Below, in pieces: positions 18,056-30,484 of a stretch of 64,000 nucleotides of DNA. Below the pieces are notes generated by a model. The model did not search any database. It was not told the origin of the DNA and saw nothing but the letters and a program-made list of their open reading frames with translations. This stretch comes from Geodermatophilaceae bacterium. Its GTDB lineage: Bacteria > Actinomycetota > Actinomycetes > Mycobacteriales > Geodermatophilaceae. The stretch spans positions 5,464 to 69,463 of the forward strand of contig JACCZY010000046.1 of the NCBI GenBank assembly GCA_013695685.1, written 5' to 3'. Position 1 is the first letter of the stretch. Every line of letters starts with the position of its first letter. The position numbers and the translations under genes were made by a program.

Positions 18056-18805
18056 ATGTCCCCGGACGACCGCTTCGTGCCAGGCGGCGCGGCGCTGTCC
18101 GCGCGGACCGCCGCGGTCTGGTCGGTCCTGTACGGCGAGCTTGGCCGCCGACCCGGCGCTGAACTGTCCATTGTGGACGTCGGGGGTGGTACCGGCGGAT
18201 TCGCCGTCCCCCTGGCTCAACTGGGGCACGTGGTCACCGTCGTCGACCCGAGCCCGGACGCGCTGGCCACGCTGGACCGCCGGGCGCAGACCGCCGACGT
18301 GGCTGATCGAATCCGGGCGATCCAGGGCGACACGGACACGCTGCTCGACTTGGTCGCGCCGGACAGCGCGGACCTGGTGTTGTGCCACAGCCTGCTGGAG
18401 GTCGTGGACGACCCAGAGCGGACCCTCCGGCGCGTGGCCGCCGTCCTGCGCGCCGGCGGCTGCCTCAGCGTCCTCGTCGCCAACCGGGCGGCTGCGGTCC
18501 TCGCCCGGGCGCTGGGCGGGCACTTCGCCGAGGCGCAGCGGGCACTCGCCGACCCCGAGGGGCGCTGGGGGGATGGCGACGGGAGCACCCGCCGCTTCGA
18601 CACCGGCCGGATCCTTGCCATGCTCGATGGGGTCGGCCTGTCCGTCGAGCAACTGCACGGGGTCCGGGTGGTCGCCGATCTGGTTCCGGGCGCGGTGGCC
18701 GACGGGGCGGGGGAGTCGCTGGTGGACGTCGAACTCGCGTTGGCCGCCGTTTCGCCGTACCGGGACATCGCGACCCAACTGCACGTCCTCGCCCGCAAGC
18801 CCTGA
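18056..18805 (+). CDS. Class I SAM-dependent methyltransferase
   Basis: SAM-binding motif I, IVDVGGGTGGFAVPLA, with a post-I acidic residue (VVDPS). Confidence 0.8.
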   Translation: MSPDDRFVPGGAALSARTAAVWSVLYGELGRRPGAELSIVDVGGGTGGFAVPLAQLGHVVTVVDPSPDALATLDRRAQTADVADRIRAIQGDTDTLLDLVAPDSADLVLCHSLLEVVDDPERTLRRVAAVLRAGGCLSVLVANRAAAVLARALGGHFAEAQRALADPEGRWGDGDGSTRRFDTGRILAMLDGVGLSVEQLHGVRVVADLVPGAVADGAGESLVDVELALAAVSPYRDIATQLHVLARKP

Positions 18806-19050
18806 GCCGTGTCCACGGGTAGTGGGCCGAAAAGTGCCACCCATCGTCGATCGAGCGCATGCTGGCCAAGGGTGGGTGTCCGGCCATCGGCTGACCGACT
18901 TCGACGAATACCGTCCCGGGCCCTTCGTCGCCACCGAGCCGCTGAGTGGCTCGCGGCGCTTCATGGCGCCCGAGCGGTCGGTTACTCTCAGCCCGTGTCG
19001 GAGCCTCCGAGTAGGCCCTGCCGCCCGCCCAAGGTTGGCGGCGGTGCGGC

Positions 19051-20373
19051 ATGAGCTTCGCCCTCGACGTCGTACTGGTGATCGTCTTCATCCTGATCGG
19101 TGGACTCTTCGTGGCGGCGGAGATCTCGCTGATCTCCCTGCGTGAGGGGCAGGTACGCAGCCTCGCCGAGCGCGGCAGGCGTGGTGGCCGGCTGGCCCGC
19201 CTGATGGCCGACCCGAACCGGTTCCTCGCCGCCGGGCAGATCGGCGTCACGCTTGCCGGCTTCCTGTCCGCAGCGTTCGGCGCGGCCACCTTGTCGGAGC
19301 CGTTCGCCGCCTGGCTCATCGAGCGCGGGCTGGGTCCGGGCCTCGCGCCCGCCGTCGCGCTGGTACTGATCACGATCGTCATCACCTACGTCTCGCTCGT
19401 GCTCGGTGAACTGGCGCCCAAGCGGCTGGCGCTGCAACGGGCCGAGGGCATCGCAGTGGTGGTGGCCGCACCGCTGGACCGGATCGCCACCCTGCTGCGG
19501 CCGGTGATCTGGTTGCTGTCGAAGTCCACCGACGTCGTCATCCGGGCCTTCCGCGGCGACCCCGGTACCCGGGGCGAGGCGATCACGCAGAAGGAACTGC
19601 GCGATCTGGTGGCCGCGCACGAGTCGCTGAGCAGCGACGAGCGGATGCTGATCGATGAGGTGTTCGCCGCCGGCCAGCGGCAGATCTCCGAGGTGATGAT
19701 CCCCAGGACGGAGGTCGACTTTCTGGACGCGGGGATGACGGTGAGCCGGGCCGGCCGCCAGGTCGCGGACTCTCCGCACTCGCGGTATCCCGTCGTCGGG
19801 CGCAGCCAGGACGACGTGCTGGGCTTCGTGCACATCCGTGACCTGCTCACGCCGTCGCACCCGGCCGGGCGGGCGGCCACCGTCGGGGACGTGGCCCGCC
19901 AGGTCACCCAGCTGCCCGGCTCGAAGAAGGTGCTCGCCGCGCTGTCGGAGATGCGCCGCGGAGGGCACCACCTCGCCATCGTCGTCGACGAGTACGGCGG
20001 GACCGATGGGATCGTGACCCTGGAGGACCTGATCGAGGAGGTCATCGGGGAGATCCGGGACGAGTACGACGAGGCGATCGACGAGCCTCGGCACTCCCCG
20101 TCGGGCGAGATCGAGGTGGACGGCCTGCTCAACCTGGACGACTTCGCCGAAGCGACCGGTGTCCTGCTGCCCGACGGGCCGTACGAGACGGCGGCCGGCT
20201 TCGTGCTGTCCCGGCTGGGGCAGCTGCCGGCGGTAGGCGACGCCGTCCGCGTCGACGGGCGGAGCCTCGACGTTCTGGAGCTCGACGGCCGGCGGATCGC
20301 CCGGCTGCGGCTCGGCCCGGCGGTGCAGGACCCCGAAACCGCGAGCCCTGCTGTCACATCCGGGAGCGGATGA
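19051..20373 (+). CDS. CNNM/HlyC-CorC family transporter (DUF21 + CBS pair + CorC_HlyC)
   Basis: N-terminal TM DUF21 region ([11 protein letters not shown]), a CBS pair ([10 protein letters not shown]..., [29 protein letters not shown]) and a C-terminal transporter-associated domain. Confidence 0.85.
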   Translation: MSFALDVVLVIVFILIGGLFVAAEISLISLREGQVRSLAERGRRGGRLARLMADPNRFLAAGQIGVTLAGFLSAAFGAATLSEPFAAWLIERGLGPGLAPAVALVLITIVITYVSLVLGELAPKRLALQRAEGIAVVVAAPLDRIATLLRPVIWLLSKSTDVVIRAFRGDPGTRGEAITQKELRDLVAAHESLSSDERMLIDEVFAAGQRQISEVMIPRTEVDFLDAGMTVSRAGRQVADSPHSRYPVVGRSQDDVLGFVHIRDLLTPSHPAGRAATVGDVARQVTQLPGSKKVLAALSEMRRGGHHLAIVVDEYGGTDGIVTLEDLIEEVIGEIRDEYDEAIDEPRHSPSGEIEVDGLLNLDDFAEATGVLLPDGPYETAAGFVLSRLGQLPAVGDAVRVDGRSLDVLELDGRRIARLRLGPAVQDPETASPAVTSGSG

Positions 20374-21307
20374 ACTCCCACGCGTCGGCGACCATCACGT
20401 CGATCTCGGGGTGGGCCGGCTCCCACCCGAGTTCGGCCCGGATCCGTTCGCTGGAGGCGACCAGTACAGCGGGGTCACCGGGCCGGCGCGGGCCGACCTC
20501 GACCGGGATCGGGTGCCCGGTGACGCGGCGGGCGGCCTCGATCACCTCGCGCACCGAGAACCCGGCCCCGTTGCCCAGGTTGTAGATCCGGTGCGATCCC
20601 GGCTCACAGGCCTGCACAGCGAGCAGGTGCGCCCCGGCGAGGTCAGCCACATGGATGTAGTCCCGAACGCAGGTGCCGTCGGGCGTCGGCCAGTCCTCGC
20701 CGTAGACGACGAGCTGCTCGCGCTCACCCGCCGCCACCTGCAGCGCGATCGGGATCAAATGCGTCTCCACGGCGTGCCGCTCCCCGAAACCACCGTGTGC
20801 TCCAGCGACGTTGAAGTAGCGCAGGCTCACCGCACCGAGGCCGTGCGCGAGTGCTTCCCCGCCCAGCATCCGGTCGACAGCGAGCTTGCTGTGCCCGTAC
20901 GTGTTCGTCGGTGCGGTCGGCGCCGTCTCGTCGATCGGGACGGTGTCCGGCTCGCCGTACGTCGCAGCGGTGGAGGAGAACACGATCCGGCGTACGCCGG
21001 CGTGCCGCAACGCGTCCAGCAGCGCCAGAGTGCCGGCGACGTTGGTGCGCCAGTACAGCTCCGGCCGCTGCTGGGACTCGCCCACCAGTGACTTGGCGGC
21101 GAAGTGCAACACCCCGTCGAAGTCGGCGGTCACCACCTTCGCGCTGTCGGCGATGTCCGCCTCGACGAAGTGGGCACCGGCCGGTACGGCGTCGCGGTGG
21201 CCGGTGGACAGGTCGTCGAGGACGGTCACCTCGTGGTCCGCCTCGAGCAGCTGGGCTGCGACGACGCTGCCGATGTACCCGGCACCTCCGGTCACGAGCA
21301 GCTTCAC
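20354..21307 (-). CDS. galE: UDP-glucose 4-epimerase
   Basis: [11 protein letters not shown] Rossmann motif, YGHSK (YxxxK), and full-length similarity to GalE. GTG start preceded by GAGAGGAAG. Its 3' end overlaps the convergent CNNM gene by 20 nt. Confidence 0.9.
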   Translation of the reverse strand: MKLLVTGGAGYIGSVVAAQLLEADHEVTVLDDLSTGHRDAVPAGAHFVEADIADSAKVVTADFDGVLHFAAKSLVGESQQRPELYWRTNVAGTLALLDALRHAGVRRIVFSSTAATYGEPDTVPIDETAPTAPTNTYGHSKLAVDRMLGGEALAHGLGAVSLRYFNVAGAHGGFGERHAVETHLIPIALQVAAGEREQLVVYGEDWPTPDGTCVRDYIHVADLAGAHLLAVQACEPGSHRIYNLGNGAGFSVREVIEAARRVTGHPIPVEVGPRRPGDPAVLVASSERIRAELGWEPAHPEIDVMVADAWEFIRSRM

Positions 21308-21456
21308 AGGGCTTCCTCTCGAATACGCCGACCGGTCGAGGGTGCCATACGCCGACCCCGCGACCCGGCAGCCCGGGGATGCGATGATCGGGGGACGGGC
21401 TGCCGTCGTACGGCGACGTAGGACGGTGCAGTCGCGCAACACAGGGAGGTGGGTCG

Positions 21457-22562
21457 GTGCCGGTGAGACCACGCGCGGACATCGCAGCGCTGCCCGCCTA
21501 CAAGCCCGGCCGCAACCCGGCCGACCTGGCTCGCGAGCTCGGCCTCCCGTCGGCGGTGAAACTGGCCAGCAACGAGGTCGCCTACAGCCCGCTGCCCAGC
21601 GTGGTCGACGCGGTGACGGCGGCCGCCGGCACGATGAACCGCTATCCCGACAACGGCGCGCAGCTGCTCACCGAGGCACTTGCCACGCGCGCCGGCGTAG
21701 CCGTGGGCCGGATCGCGGTGGGCTGCGGATCGGTCAGCCTCTGCCAGCAGCTACTGCAGGCGTACGCCGGACCCGGCGACGAGGTGATCTTCGCCTGGCG
21801 GTCCTTCGAGGCCTACCCGCTGCTCGTCACGGTGTCCGCTGCCACGCCGGTGATGGTGCCGTTGAAGGACCGGTACGACCACGACCTCGACGCGATGGCC
21901 GCTGCGATCACCGACCGCACGAGGATCGTCTTCGTCTGCACCCCGAACAATCCGACCGGTACGGCGGTGCGCCGCGACGCGCTGACCCGGTTTCTCGACG
22001 CGGTGCCGGACACGGTCGTGGTGGCGCTGGACGAGGCCTACCGCGAGTTCGTCAGTGACCCCGATGTACCGGACGGGATCGAGCTGGCGGCCGGGCGGCC
22101 GAACGTCTGCGTCCTGCGCACGTTCTCCAAGGCGTACGGCCTCGCGGGCCTTCGAGTCGGGTACCTCGTGGCCGGTGATCCGTCGGTCGCCGAGGCGGTG
22201 CGCAAGACGTACGTGCCGTTCTCGGTCTCGACGGTCGCGCAGGCCGCCGCGATCGCCTCGCTGGCCGCGGAGGATGAGCTGTTGGCCCGGTGCAACGACG
22301 TCGTGGTGGAACGCGAGCGGGTAGTCGCGGCGCTGCGCGAGATGGGTGCCGACGTGCCTGACAGCCAGGCCAATTTTGTCTGGCTGCCGCTCGGGGACGC
22401 GACCATGGACTTCGCCGCGGCGTGCGAGCAGAGCGGCATCATCGTGCGTCCGTTCGCCGGTGACGGTGCCCGGGTCACGATCGGGGAGCCGGCGGAGAAC
22501 GACGCGTTCCTCGCGATCGTGTCACGGTGGCAGCGGACGAGCTCAGCGAGTGAGCCGGTGAC

Positions 22563-22566
<4 letters not shown>
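21457..22566 (+). CDS. Class II pyridoxal-phosphate aminotransferase (HisC-like / aromatic amino acid aminotransferase)
   Basis: NPTG and [16 protein letters not shown] (PLP lysine). The LASNE N-terminal motif is typical of the HisC/Pat family. Confidence 0.9.
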
Positions 22567-24676
<2,110 letters not shown>

Positions 24677-24685
24677 GTACGCCAG

Positions 24686-25207
24686 GTGGGTTCGCTGGTC
24701 CTGGGGGTGGCGATCGCTCTTCCCGAGCCGCTGGCCGCGGAACTGGCGACGTGGCGGGTGCGCAGCGGCGACAACCAGGCAGGCAAGGTCCCGCCGCACG
24801 TCACCCTGCTGCCGCCCACCCGGGTCGCCGAGTCGGCGCTTTCCGACGTACGCCGGCACCTCACCGATGTCGCCGCTGTGGCAGTTCCGTTCGAGCTGCA
24901 CCTGCACGGGACCGGGACGTTCCGGCCGGTCTCGCAGGTCGTCTTCGTGACCGTGGCCAGCGGCATCTCCTACTGCGAGCTGCTGGAGGCCGATCTCCGC
25001 TCGGGGCCGCTGGAGCGGGACATCGACTATCCCTACCATCCGCACGTGACGGTCGCCCAGGACGTACCGGCGGACATGCTCGACGCGGCGTACGGCGGGC
25101 TGTCGGGGTACGACGCCCGGTTCACCGTCGACGCCTTCACCGCCTTCGAGCAGGACCGGGACGGGCGCTGGCTGCCCTCCCAGCACTTCCTCTTCGGCCT
25201 GCGATGA
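24686..25207 (+). CDS. 2H phosphoesterase superfamily protein (LigT / 2'-5' RNA ligase-like)
   Basis: Two H-x-T/S motifs, PHVTLL and HPHVTVA, spaced as in the 2H fold. 173 aa. Confidence 0.8.
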   Translation: MGSLVLGVAIALPEPLAAELATWRVRSGDNQAGKVPPHVTLLPPTRVAESALSDVRRHLTDVAAVAVPFELHLHGTGTFRPVSQVVFVTVASGISYCELLEADLRSGPLERDIDYPYHPHVTVAQDVPADMLDAAYGGLSGYDARFTVDAFTAFEQDRDGRWLPSQHFLFGLR

Positions 25208-26307
25208 CCCCGGAAGCCGAGGACAAGCCGGGGTTCGCTGCCCGCGTCATGGCGAGCTGGCGGAAGCAGCGCGCCAGCCGGCCCTGGCTCAATCACCTCG
25301 TCCGCGCCGCCTCCCATTACAGCTCCCGGCAGGCCGACCTGCTCGCGGCCGGAATCACCTACTACGGCTTCCTCGCGCTCTTCCCCGTCATTCTGCTGGC
25401 CGTGTCGATCGCCGGCTTCGTCCTCAGTGGACAGCCGGAGCTGCTGCGGGAACTCATCCTGCAGATCCGGGTGGCGGTCCCGGGCGACCTCGGCCGGCAG
25501 CTCGTCGACGCCGTCATCCTCGCCACCGAGAAGCGCCGCGTGGTCGGTGTGATCGGTCTGGTGGGCGTGCTCTACGCCGGAGTCCTCTGGATGGGCAAAC
25601 TCCGGGTTGCCATGCAGACGATCTGGCGCGGGGCACCTGACGAGGCGAACTTCGTGAAGGACACCATCCGCGACCTGCTGTCGCTGATCGGCCTCGGCGG
25701 CGCCTTCCTGGCCTCTGTCGCCCTGACCGCCCTTGCCACCGGGCTGACGTCGTTCGTGATCGACCTGCTCGGCCTGTCCGAGATCCCCGGAATCCGGGTG
25801 GTCACGTCGCTACTCGGGATCCTGATCGCGGTCGCCGGAGACACGTTGATCTTCTTGTGGTTGTTCACTCGGCTGCCGCGGATGCACGCACCCATCCGCC
25901 GGATACTGTCCGGCGCCGTCTTCGGCGCTGTCGGCTTCGAGATCCTCAAGCTGGTCGGAACGCTCTACATCGCTCAGGTGACCAGCAGCCCCGCCTTGGC
26001 CGCATTCAGCAGCCTCATCGGGTTGCTCGTGTGGATCTACATCGCGTCACGGTTCCTGCTCTTCGCCGCGGCGTGGACGTCGACCTCGCGGCGAATGGTG
26101 GACCTGATCGTCGCAGAGGCCGCCGCCAACGATCCCGCTGAGCCGGTCATCGAGGGTCCACGGGTACCGCCGCTGAAGCGCCCGACCGAGGGCGGACCGA
26201 GCACGTCTGCGGTGGCGGCCGGCCTGGTTGGCGTCGGTGCGATCGTGGGCGCCGTGGCCCAGCCGGCGGTACGCCGATGGTGGCGCCGGGGCCGGGCCCG
26301 CGGCTGA
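25204..26307 (+). CDS. YihY/BrkB family membrane protein
   Basis: ATGA overlap with the upstream gene. AAGITYYGFLALFP is the typical YihY N-terminal motif. Six hydrophobic helices. Confidence 0.75.
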   Translation: MTPEAEDKPGFAARVMASWRKQRASRPWLNHLVRAASHYSSRQADLLAAGITYYGFLALFPVILLAVSIAGFVLSGQPELLRELILQIRVAVPGDLGRQLVDAVILATEKRRVVGVIGLVGVLYAGVLWMGKLRVAMQTIWRGAPDEANFVKDTIRDLLSLIGLGGAFLASVALTALATGLTSFVIDLLGLSEIPGIRVVTSLLGILIAVAGDTLIFLWLFTRLPRMHAPIRRILSGAVFGAVGFEILKLVGTLYIAQVTSSPALAAFSSLIGLLVWIYIASRFLLFAAAWTSTSRRMVDLIVAEAAANDPAEPVIEGPRVPPLKRPTEGGPSTSAVAAGLVGVGAIVGAVAQPAVRRWWRRGRARG

Positions 26308-26317
26308 CTACCCGGGG

Positions 26318-27556
26318 TCAGTCACGGCGGTGGGGGTGGCGCTGGGGGTGGCGGTCGCGGCTTCGGGCGAGTACGGCGACGAGGAGTGCGCTGCCAAGCC
26401 CTAGCCCGACGAGCAGGACCGGTGCGGGATCAGCAGCGGGCTGGTCGTCGGCGCCGCCGGACACCAAGGGAGGCTGCGCTGGGTCGGCTGTCGCACGCGT
26501 CGGTGGCTGCGCCGGTCGTGAGGTGGGGGCTGGGACGCCCGGCGGCCGCGGCCGCACGAGTTCGCCGACCGGCGGCGTACCGGCGGGGAGGGCGAAACCC
26601 CAGTCCAGCAGCCGGGCGGCCTGCGCAACCAACGGGATCGGCCTCTGCTCGCCGAGCATCAGGCTGACCACCAGGCGCCGGCCGCCCCGCTCGGCGGCGC
26701 CGACAAAGGTGTACCTCGCCGCGTCGGTGAAGCCGTTCTTGCCGGCGAGCATCCCCGGGTACGACGTCAGCATCGGGTTCTGGTTCTGGATCTGATATGC
26801 CGGATAGCGCGGCGGCACGGCCGGCATCACCGCGGTGGGAGTCCGCACGATGGCGAGCAGCTCCGGGTCGTCGACGACCTGCCGCATGATCAGCGCCAGG
26901 TCGTACGGCGACGAGCTCTGCCCGGCCACGTCGAGGCCGGAGGGGGTGCCGGCAATCGTGTCGTAGGCCTGTAGCTGCGAGGCGGTGCCGTTCATCAACT
27001 CCAGCGTCTGCTCGGGGCCACCAGCCGCGCGGGTCAGCGCCCACGCCGCGTCGTTGCCGGAGGCCATCATGAGGGCCTGGAACAGCAGCGGGACGGGATA
27101 CTTCCCGCCCTCGACGAGGCCGACCTTGGTTCCCTCCGCGCTGGAGTCCTCGACCGTGCCTGTGACGACCGCGGCGGGGTCGAGCTCGTCGTGCAGCGCC
27201 AGCAGGGTCAGCGTCTTGAGCGTGCTCGCCGGGTAGTAGCGCCCGTGCGGGTCCCGTGCGGCCAGCACCTCGCCACCGTCCAGGTCGGCGATCAACCAGC
27301 CCTGGGCAGTGATGTCGGTCGGCAACGCCGGCGCGTCGTCGGGCAGGACGAACCCGCGCTCGCCCAGCGCATCGCCGCCCACGACCGTCCCGTCCGGGCT
27401 GCTCCCCTCGGGCGGTCCACCCGGATGCGGGGTGGTCGGCGTCGCCACGCTCGGCTCGGGCGTCGGGCCGGCCACGGCGGCGGTTCCCGGCGCACCGACG
27501 AGCAGAGCGAGCGCCGCGGCGGTCAGCCAGCGAGCACCGCGTCGGGAGGAGACCAT
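26318..27556 (-). CDS. D-alanyl-D-alanine carboxypeptidase (peptidase S11, DacB-like) with Pro-rich linker and C-terminal anchor
   Basis: SxxK (ASTLK), SxN (SGND) and a KTG-like motif (GKNGFT). Signal peptide at the N-terminus. An alternative start lies at 27589. Confidence 0.85.
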   Translation of the reverse strand: MVSSRRGARWLTAAALALLVGAPGTAAVAGPTPEPSVATPTTPHPGGPPEGSSPDGTVVGGDALGERGFVLPDDAPALPTDITAQGWLIADLDGGEVLAARDPHGRYYPASTLKTLTLLALHDELDPAAVVTGTVEDSSAEGTKVGLVEGGKYPVPLLFQALMMASGNDAAWALTRAAGGPEQTLELMNGTASQLQAYDTIAGTPSGLDVAGQSSSPYDLALIMRQVVDDPELLAIVRTPTAVMPAVPPRYPAYQIQNQNPMLTSYPGMLAGKNGFTDAARYTFVGAAERGGRRLVVSLMLGEQRPIPLVAQAARLLDWGFALPAGTPPVGELVRPRPPGVPAPTSRPAQPPTRATADPAQPPLVSGGADDQPAADPAPVLLVGLGLGSALLVAVLARSRDRHPQRHPHRRD

Positions 27557-27725
27557 CGCAGAGCAGGTTACCGCCGCCGACCCGGCCACTCCCGTGGCTT
27601 TGGCGAGCTTCGCCGTACAACGATGTGGTCTCGGGCGGATCTGAACGTGGATTCCCCTCGCGGCCGACGGTACGGTGACCGGTCAGCGGCCGGGGAGTGG
27701 TCCCGGCCAGTGAGAGGAGATCGTC

Positions 27726-28832
27726 TTGCGTCGAGCCCGTGGTAGGTCCATCGCTGCAGCGCTGCTTTTGGGCTGCCTGTCGTTGGCAGCATGTGCGGAG
27801 GATGCCGGCAACGGCAACGGGACTGGGACCGGTGGGAACGGAGGGACAGCCACAAACGGCGGCACCGATCCCACCGAGGAGACTCCCGAGGCCAGAGTCG
27901 GCCTGGCCTTCGACGTCGGCGGGGAGGGCGACCAGTCGTTCAACGACTCCGCTGTTGCCGGTCTCCAGCAGGCGATCGACGAGTTCGGCATCGAATCGCA
28001 GAAGGTCAGCCCGAACGACGACGGCTCCAACCGCGCCGAGCTGCTCGCGCAGCTGGCCGAGCAGGGATTCAACCCGGTCATCGCTGTGGGCTTCGCCTAC
28101 GACGAGGTCATCGCCGATGTCGCGGCGGAGTTCCCCGACACGACCTTCGCCCAGGTCGACGGCTCCAACGCGGTCTTCGACGGCAGCTCGAAGGGACCCA
28201 ATCACACCGGGCTGCTCTTCGCCGAGGAGCAGGGGTCGTTCCTCGCCGGCGTCGCGGCGGCGCTCAAGACCGAGACTGACCACATAGGCTTCGTCGGCGG
28301 CGTCGACATCGGCCTGATCCAGAAGTTCGAGGCCGGCTATGTTGCTGGTGCCACCGCGGTCAACCCCGACATCGTCGTCGACGTCCAGTACATCTCGCCC
28401 GCCGGTGACTTCTCCGGCTTCGGCGACCCGGCCCGCGGCAAGATCGTCGCTCAGGGCATGTACGACGGCGGCGCGGACATCGTCTACCACGCCGCGGGCG
28501 GATCCGGCGGTGGTGTCTTCGAGGCCGCCGCCGAGGCCGACGCGCTGGCCATCGGCGTTGACTCCGACCAGTACAACACCGTCGGCGATCCGGCGCTGCA
28601 AGAAGTGATCATGACGTCGATGCTGAAGCGGGTCGACGTGGCGGTGTACGAGTTCATCTCATCGTTCATCGATGGCACCGTCGAGGGCGGCACGGACATC
28701 ATCTACGACCTCGAGGTCGACGGTGTCGGTCTGGCCACCTCCGGGGGACAGATCGACGACATCCAGGATGAAATCGACAGCTACAAGCAGCAGATCATCG
28801 ACGGCGAGATCGAGGTTCCGACCACTCCGTAG
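27726..28832 (+). CDS. BMP-family (PnrA/Med-like) ABC substrate-binding lipoprotein, probably for nucleosides
   Basis: TTG start, lipobox LSLAAC, Gly/Thr/Asn linker. DQSFNDSA and GFVGG motifs of the BMP family. First gene of an operon containing cdd and deoA. Confidence 0.85.
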   Translation: MRRARGRSIAAALLLGCLSLAACAEDAGNGNGTGTGGNGGTATNGGTDPTEETPEARVGLAFDVGGEGDQSFNDSAVAGLQQAIDEFGIESQKVSPNDDGSNRAELLAQLAEQGFNPVIAVGFAYDEVIADVAAEFPDTTFAQVDGSNAVFDGSSKGPNHTGLLFAEEQGSFLAGVAAALKTETDHIGFVGGVDIGLIQKFEAGYVAGATAVNPDIVVDVQYISPAGDFSGFGDPARGKIVAQGMYDGGADIVYHAAGGSGGGVFEAAAEADALAIGVDSDQYNTVGDPALQEVIMTSMLKRVDVAVYEFISSFIDGTVEGGTDIIYDLEVDGVGLATSGGQIDDIQDEIDSYKQQIIDGEIEVPTTP

Positions 28833-28847
28833 ACACCGAACGCCGAC

Positions 28848-28885
28848 GGCGGGCTCGGGTGGCTTCGCGCTCACCCGGGCCCGCC
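28848..28885 (+). terminator. Strong intercistronic stem-loop after the substrate-binding-protein gene (attenuator or mRNA-stabilising hairpin)
   Basis: ggcgggctcgggtg (28848-28861) pairs with cacccgggcccgcc (28872-28885): 14 bp with one G-U pair. It is followed by guuaucgugug, which is only weakly U-rich. Confidence 0.45.
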
Positions 28886-28966
28886 GTTATCGTGTGATCC
28901 CTTCCGCGGCGCGGTGGACGCCGCAGCGAGGACCGCCCGCACCGAGGAGACGGGAGTGACGGCCGC

Positions 28967-30484
28967 ATGAACGACGTCCCACCCGCGGTGGAGCTGCGCG
29001 GAATCACGAAACGTTTTCCGGGCGTGGTCGCCAACTCCGACATCAATCTGGTGGTCCGCCGCAGTGAGGTGCACGCGATCGTCGGCGAGAACGGCGCCGG
29101 CAAGTCCACGCTGATGAAGACGCTGTACGGCATGCATCGACCGGATGAGGGCACCATCGCGGTCAACGGCAAGCACGTGCACTTCAAGAGTCCGGCCGAC
29201 GCCATCGCCGCCGGAATCGGCATGGTGCACCAACACTTCATGCTCGCCGACAACTTCACTGTCCTCGAGAACATCGTGCTCGGCAGCGAGCCCAGGACCG
29301 GCCTGGCCCTGGACTTCGTCGGCGCCCGCCGCAAGCTCGCGGAGATCTCCACGTCCTACGGTCTGGACCTGGAGCCCGACGCACTGGTCGAGGACCTCGG
29401 CGTCGGTGACCGGCAGCGGGTGGAGATCGCCAAGGTGCTCTATCGCGGCGCCACCACGCTGATCCTGGACGAGCCGACCGCCGTACTCGTGCCCCAGGAG
29501 GTCGACGAGCTCTTCGGCAATCTTGCCGAGCTCAAGAGCGAGGGCCTGACCGTCATCTTCATCTCGCACAAGCTGGACGAGGTCCGCCGGGTGGCCGACA
29601 GCATCACGGTCATCCGCAGAGGTACGACCGTCGGCACCGCCGACCCGAATTCCGTCACCGCCAGGCAACTGGCCGAGATGATGGTCGGTAGTGAACTGCC
29701 GACCCTGGAGACCCGGGACTCGACGGTGACTGACGAGGTGGTGCTCGGCGTCGAGGATCTGACAGTGCTACTCCCTACGGGGCGGCCGGTGGTTGACTCG
29801 GTCAGCTTCCAGGTCCGCCGCGGCGAGGTAGTCGGTATCGCCGGCGTAGAAGGCAACGGCCAGTCCGAACTGGTCGAGACCATCATGGGTCTGCATGAGC
29901 TGGCCGCCGGGACACTGCGGTTCGGCGCAGAGGACATGACCGGGTGGTCCACCCGACAACGGCGAGAGAGCGGCGTGGGATTCATCCCCGAGGACCGGCA
30001 GCGGCAGGGGATGCTGCTGGACGCACCACTCTGGGAGAACCGCATCCTCGGAAACCAGACCCGGCCGCCCGCGGTGAAGGGCATCTTCATCGACCGCTCG
30101 GCGGCACGGAAGGACTGCGCCCGGATCATGCAGGAGTACGACGTCCGCGCACCGGGCTGCGACACCCTCGCGGTCGCGCTGTCCGGCGGCAACCAGCAGA
30201 AGCTGATAGTCGGCCGGGAGATGAGCGGGAACCCGAAGCTGCTCATCGCCGCCCACCCGACCCGCGGGGTCGACGTCGGCGCACAGGCGGCGATTTGGGA
30301 GTTGCTCAAGGACGCCCGGAGCGCCGGACTCGCGATCATCCTCGTATCGGCCGATCTGGACGAGCTGATCGGCTTGTCCGACACGCTCTACGTGATGCTG
30401 CGTGGCCGCCTGGTCGCACAGCTCGATCCCGCCGACGTGACGCCCGAGCAGTTGGGCATTCATATGACGGGTGCTGCCGCATGA
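28967..30484 (+). CDS. ABC transporter ATP-binding protein with duplicated ATPase domains
   Basis: Walker A GENGAGKST and a second P-loop GVEGNGQS. LSGGNQQK signature and LILDEPT Walker B. Confidence 0.9.
   Translation: MNDVPPAVELRGITKRFPGVVANSDINLVVRRSEVHAIVGENGAGKSTLMKTLYGMHRPDEGTIAVNGKHVHFKSPADAIAAGIGMVHQHFMLADNFTVLENIVLGSEPRTGLALDFVGARRKLAEISTSYGLDLEPDALVEDLGVGDRQRVEIAKVLYRGATTLILDEPTAVLVPQEVDELFGNLAELKSEGLTVIFISHKLDEVRRVADSITVIRRGTTVGTADPNSVTARQLAEMMVGSELPTLETRDSTVTDEVVLGVEDLTVLLPTGRPVVDSVSFQVRRGEVVGIAGVEGNGQSELVETIMGLHELAAGTLRFGAEDMTGWSTRQRRESGVGFIPEDRQRQGMLLDAPLWENRILGNQTRPPAVKGIFIDRSAARKDCARIMQEYDVRAPGCDTLAVALSGGNQQKLIVGREMSGNPKLLIAAHPTRGVDVGAQAAIWELLKDARSAGLAIILVSADLDELIGLSDTLYVMLRGRLVAQLDPADVTPEQLGIHMTGAAA

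Noticed and set aside
18809-19054. 81-codon ORF in the leader of the CNNM gene
   Set aside because: Arg/Pro/Ser-rich with no motifs. It would run into the ATG of the downstream gene in another frame. I treat it as a non-coding leader instead.
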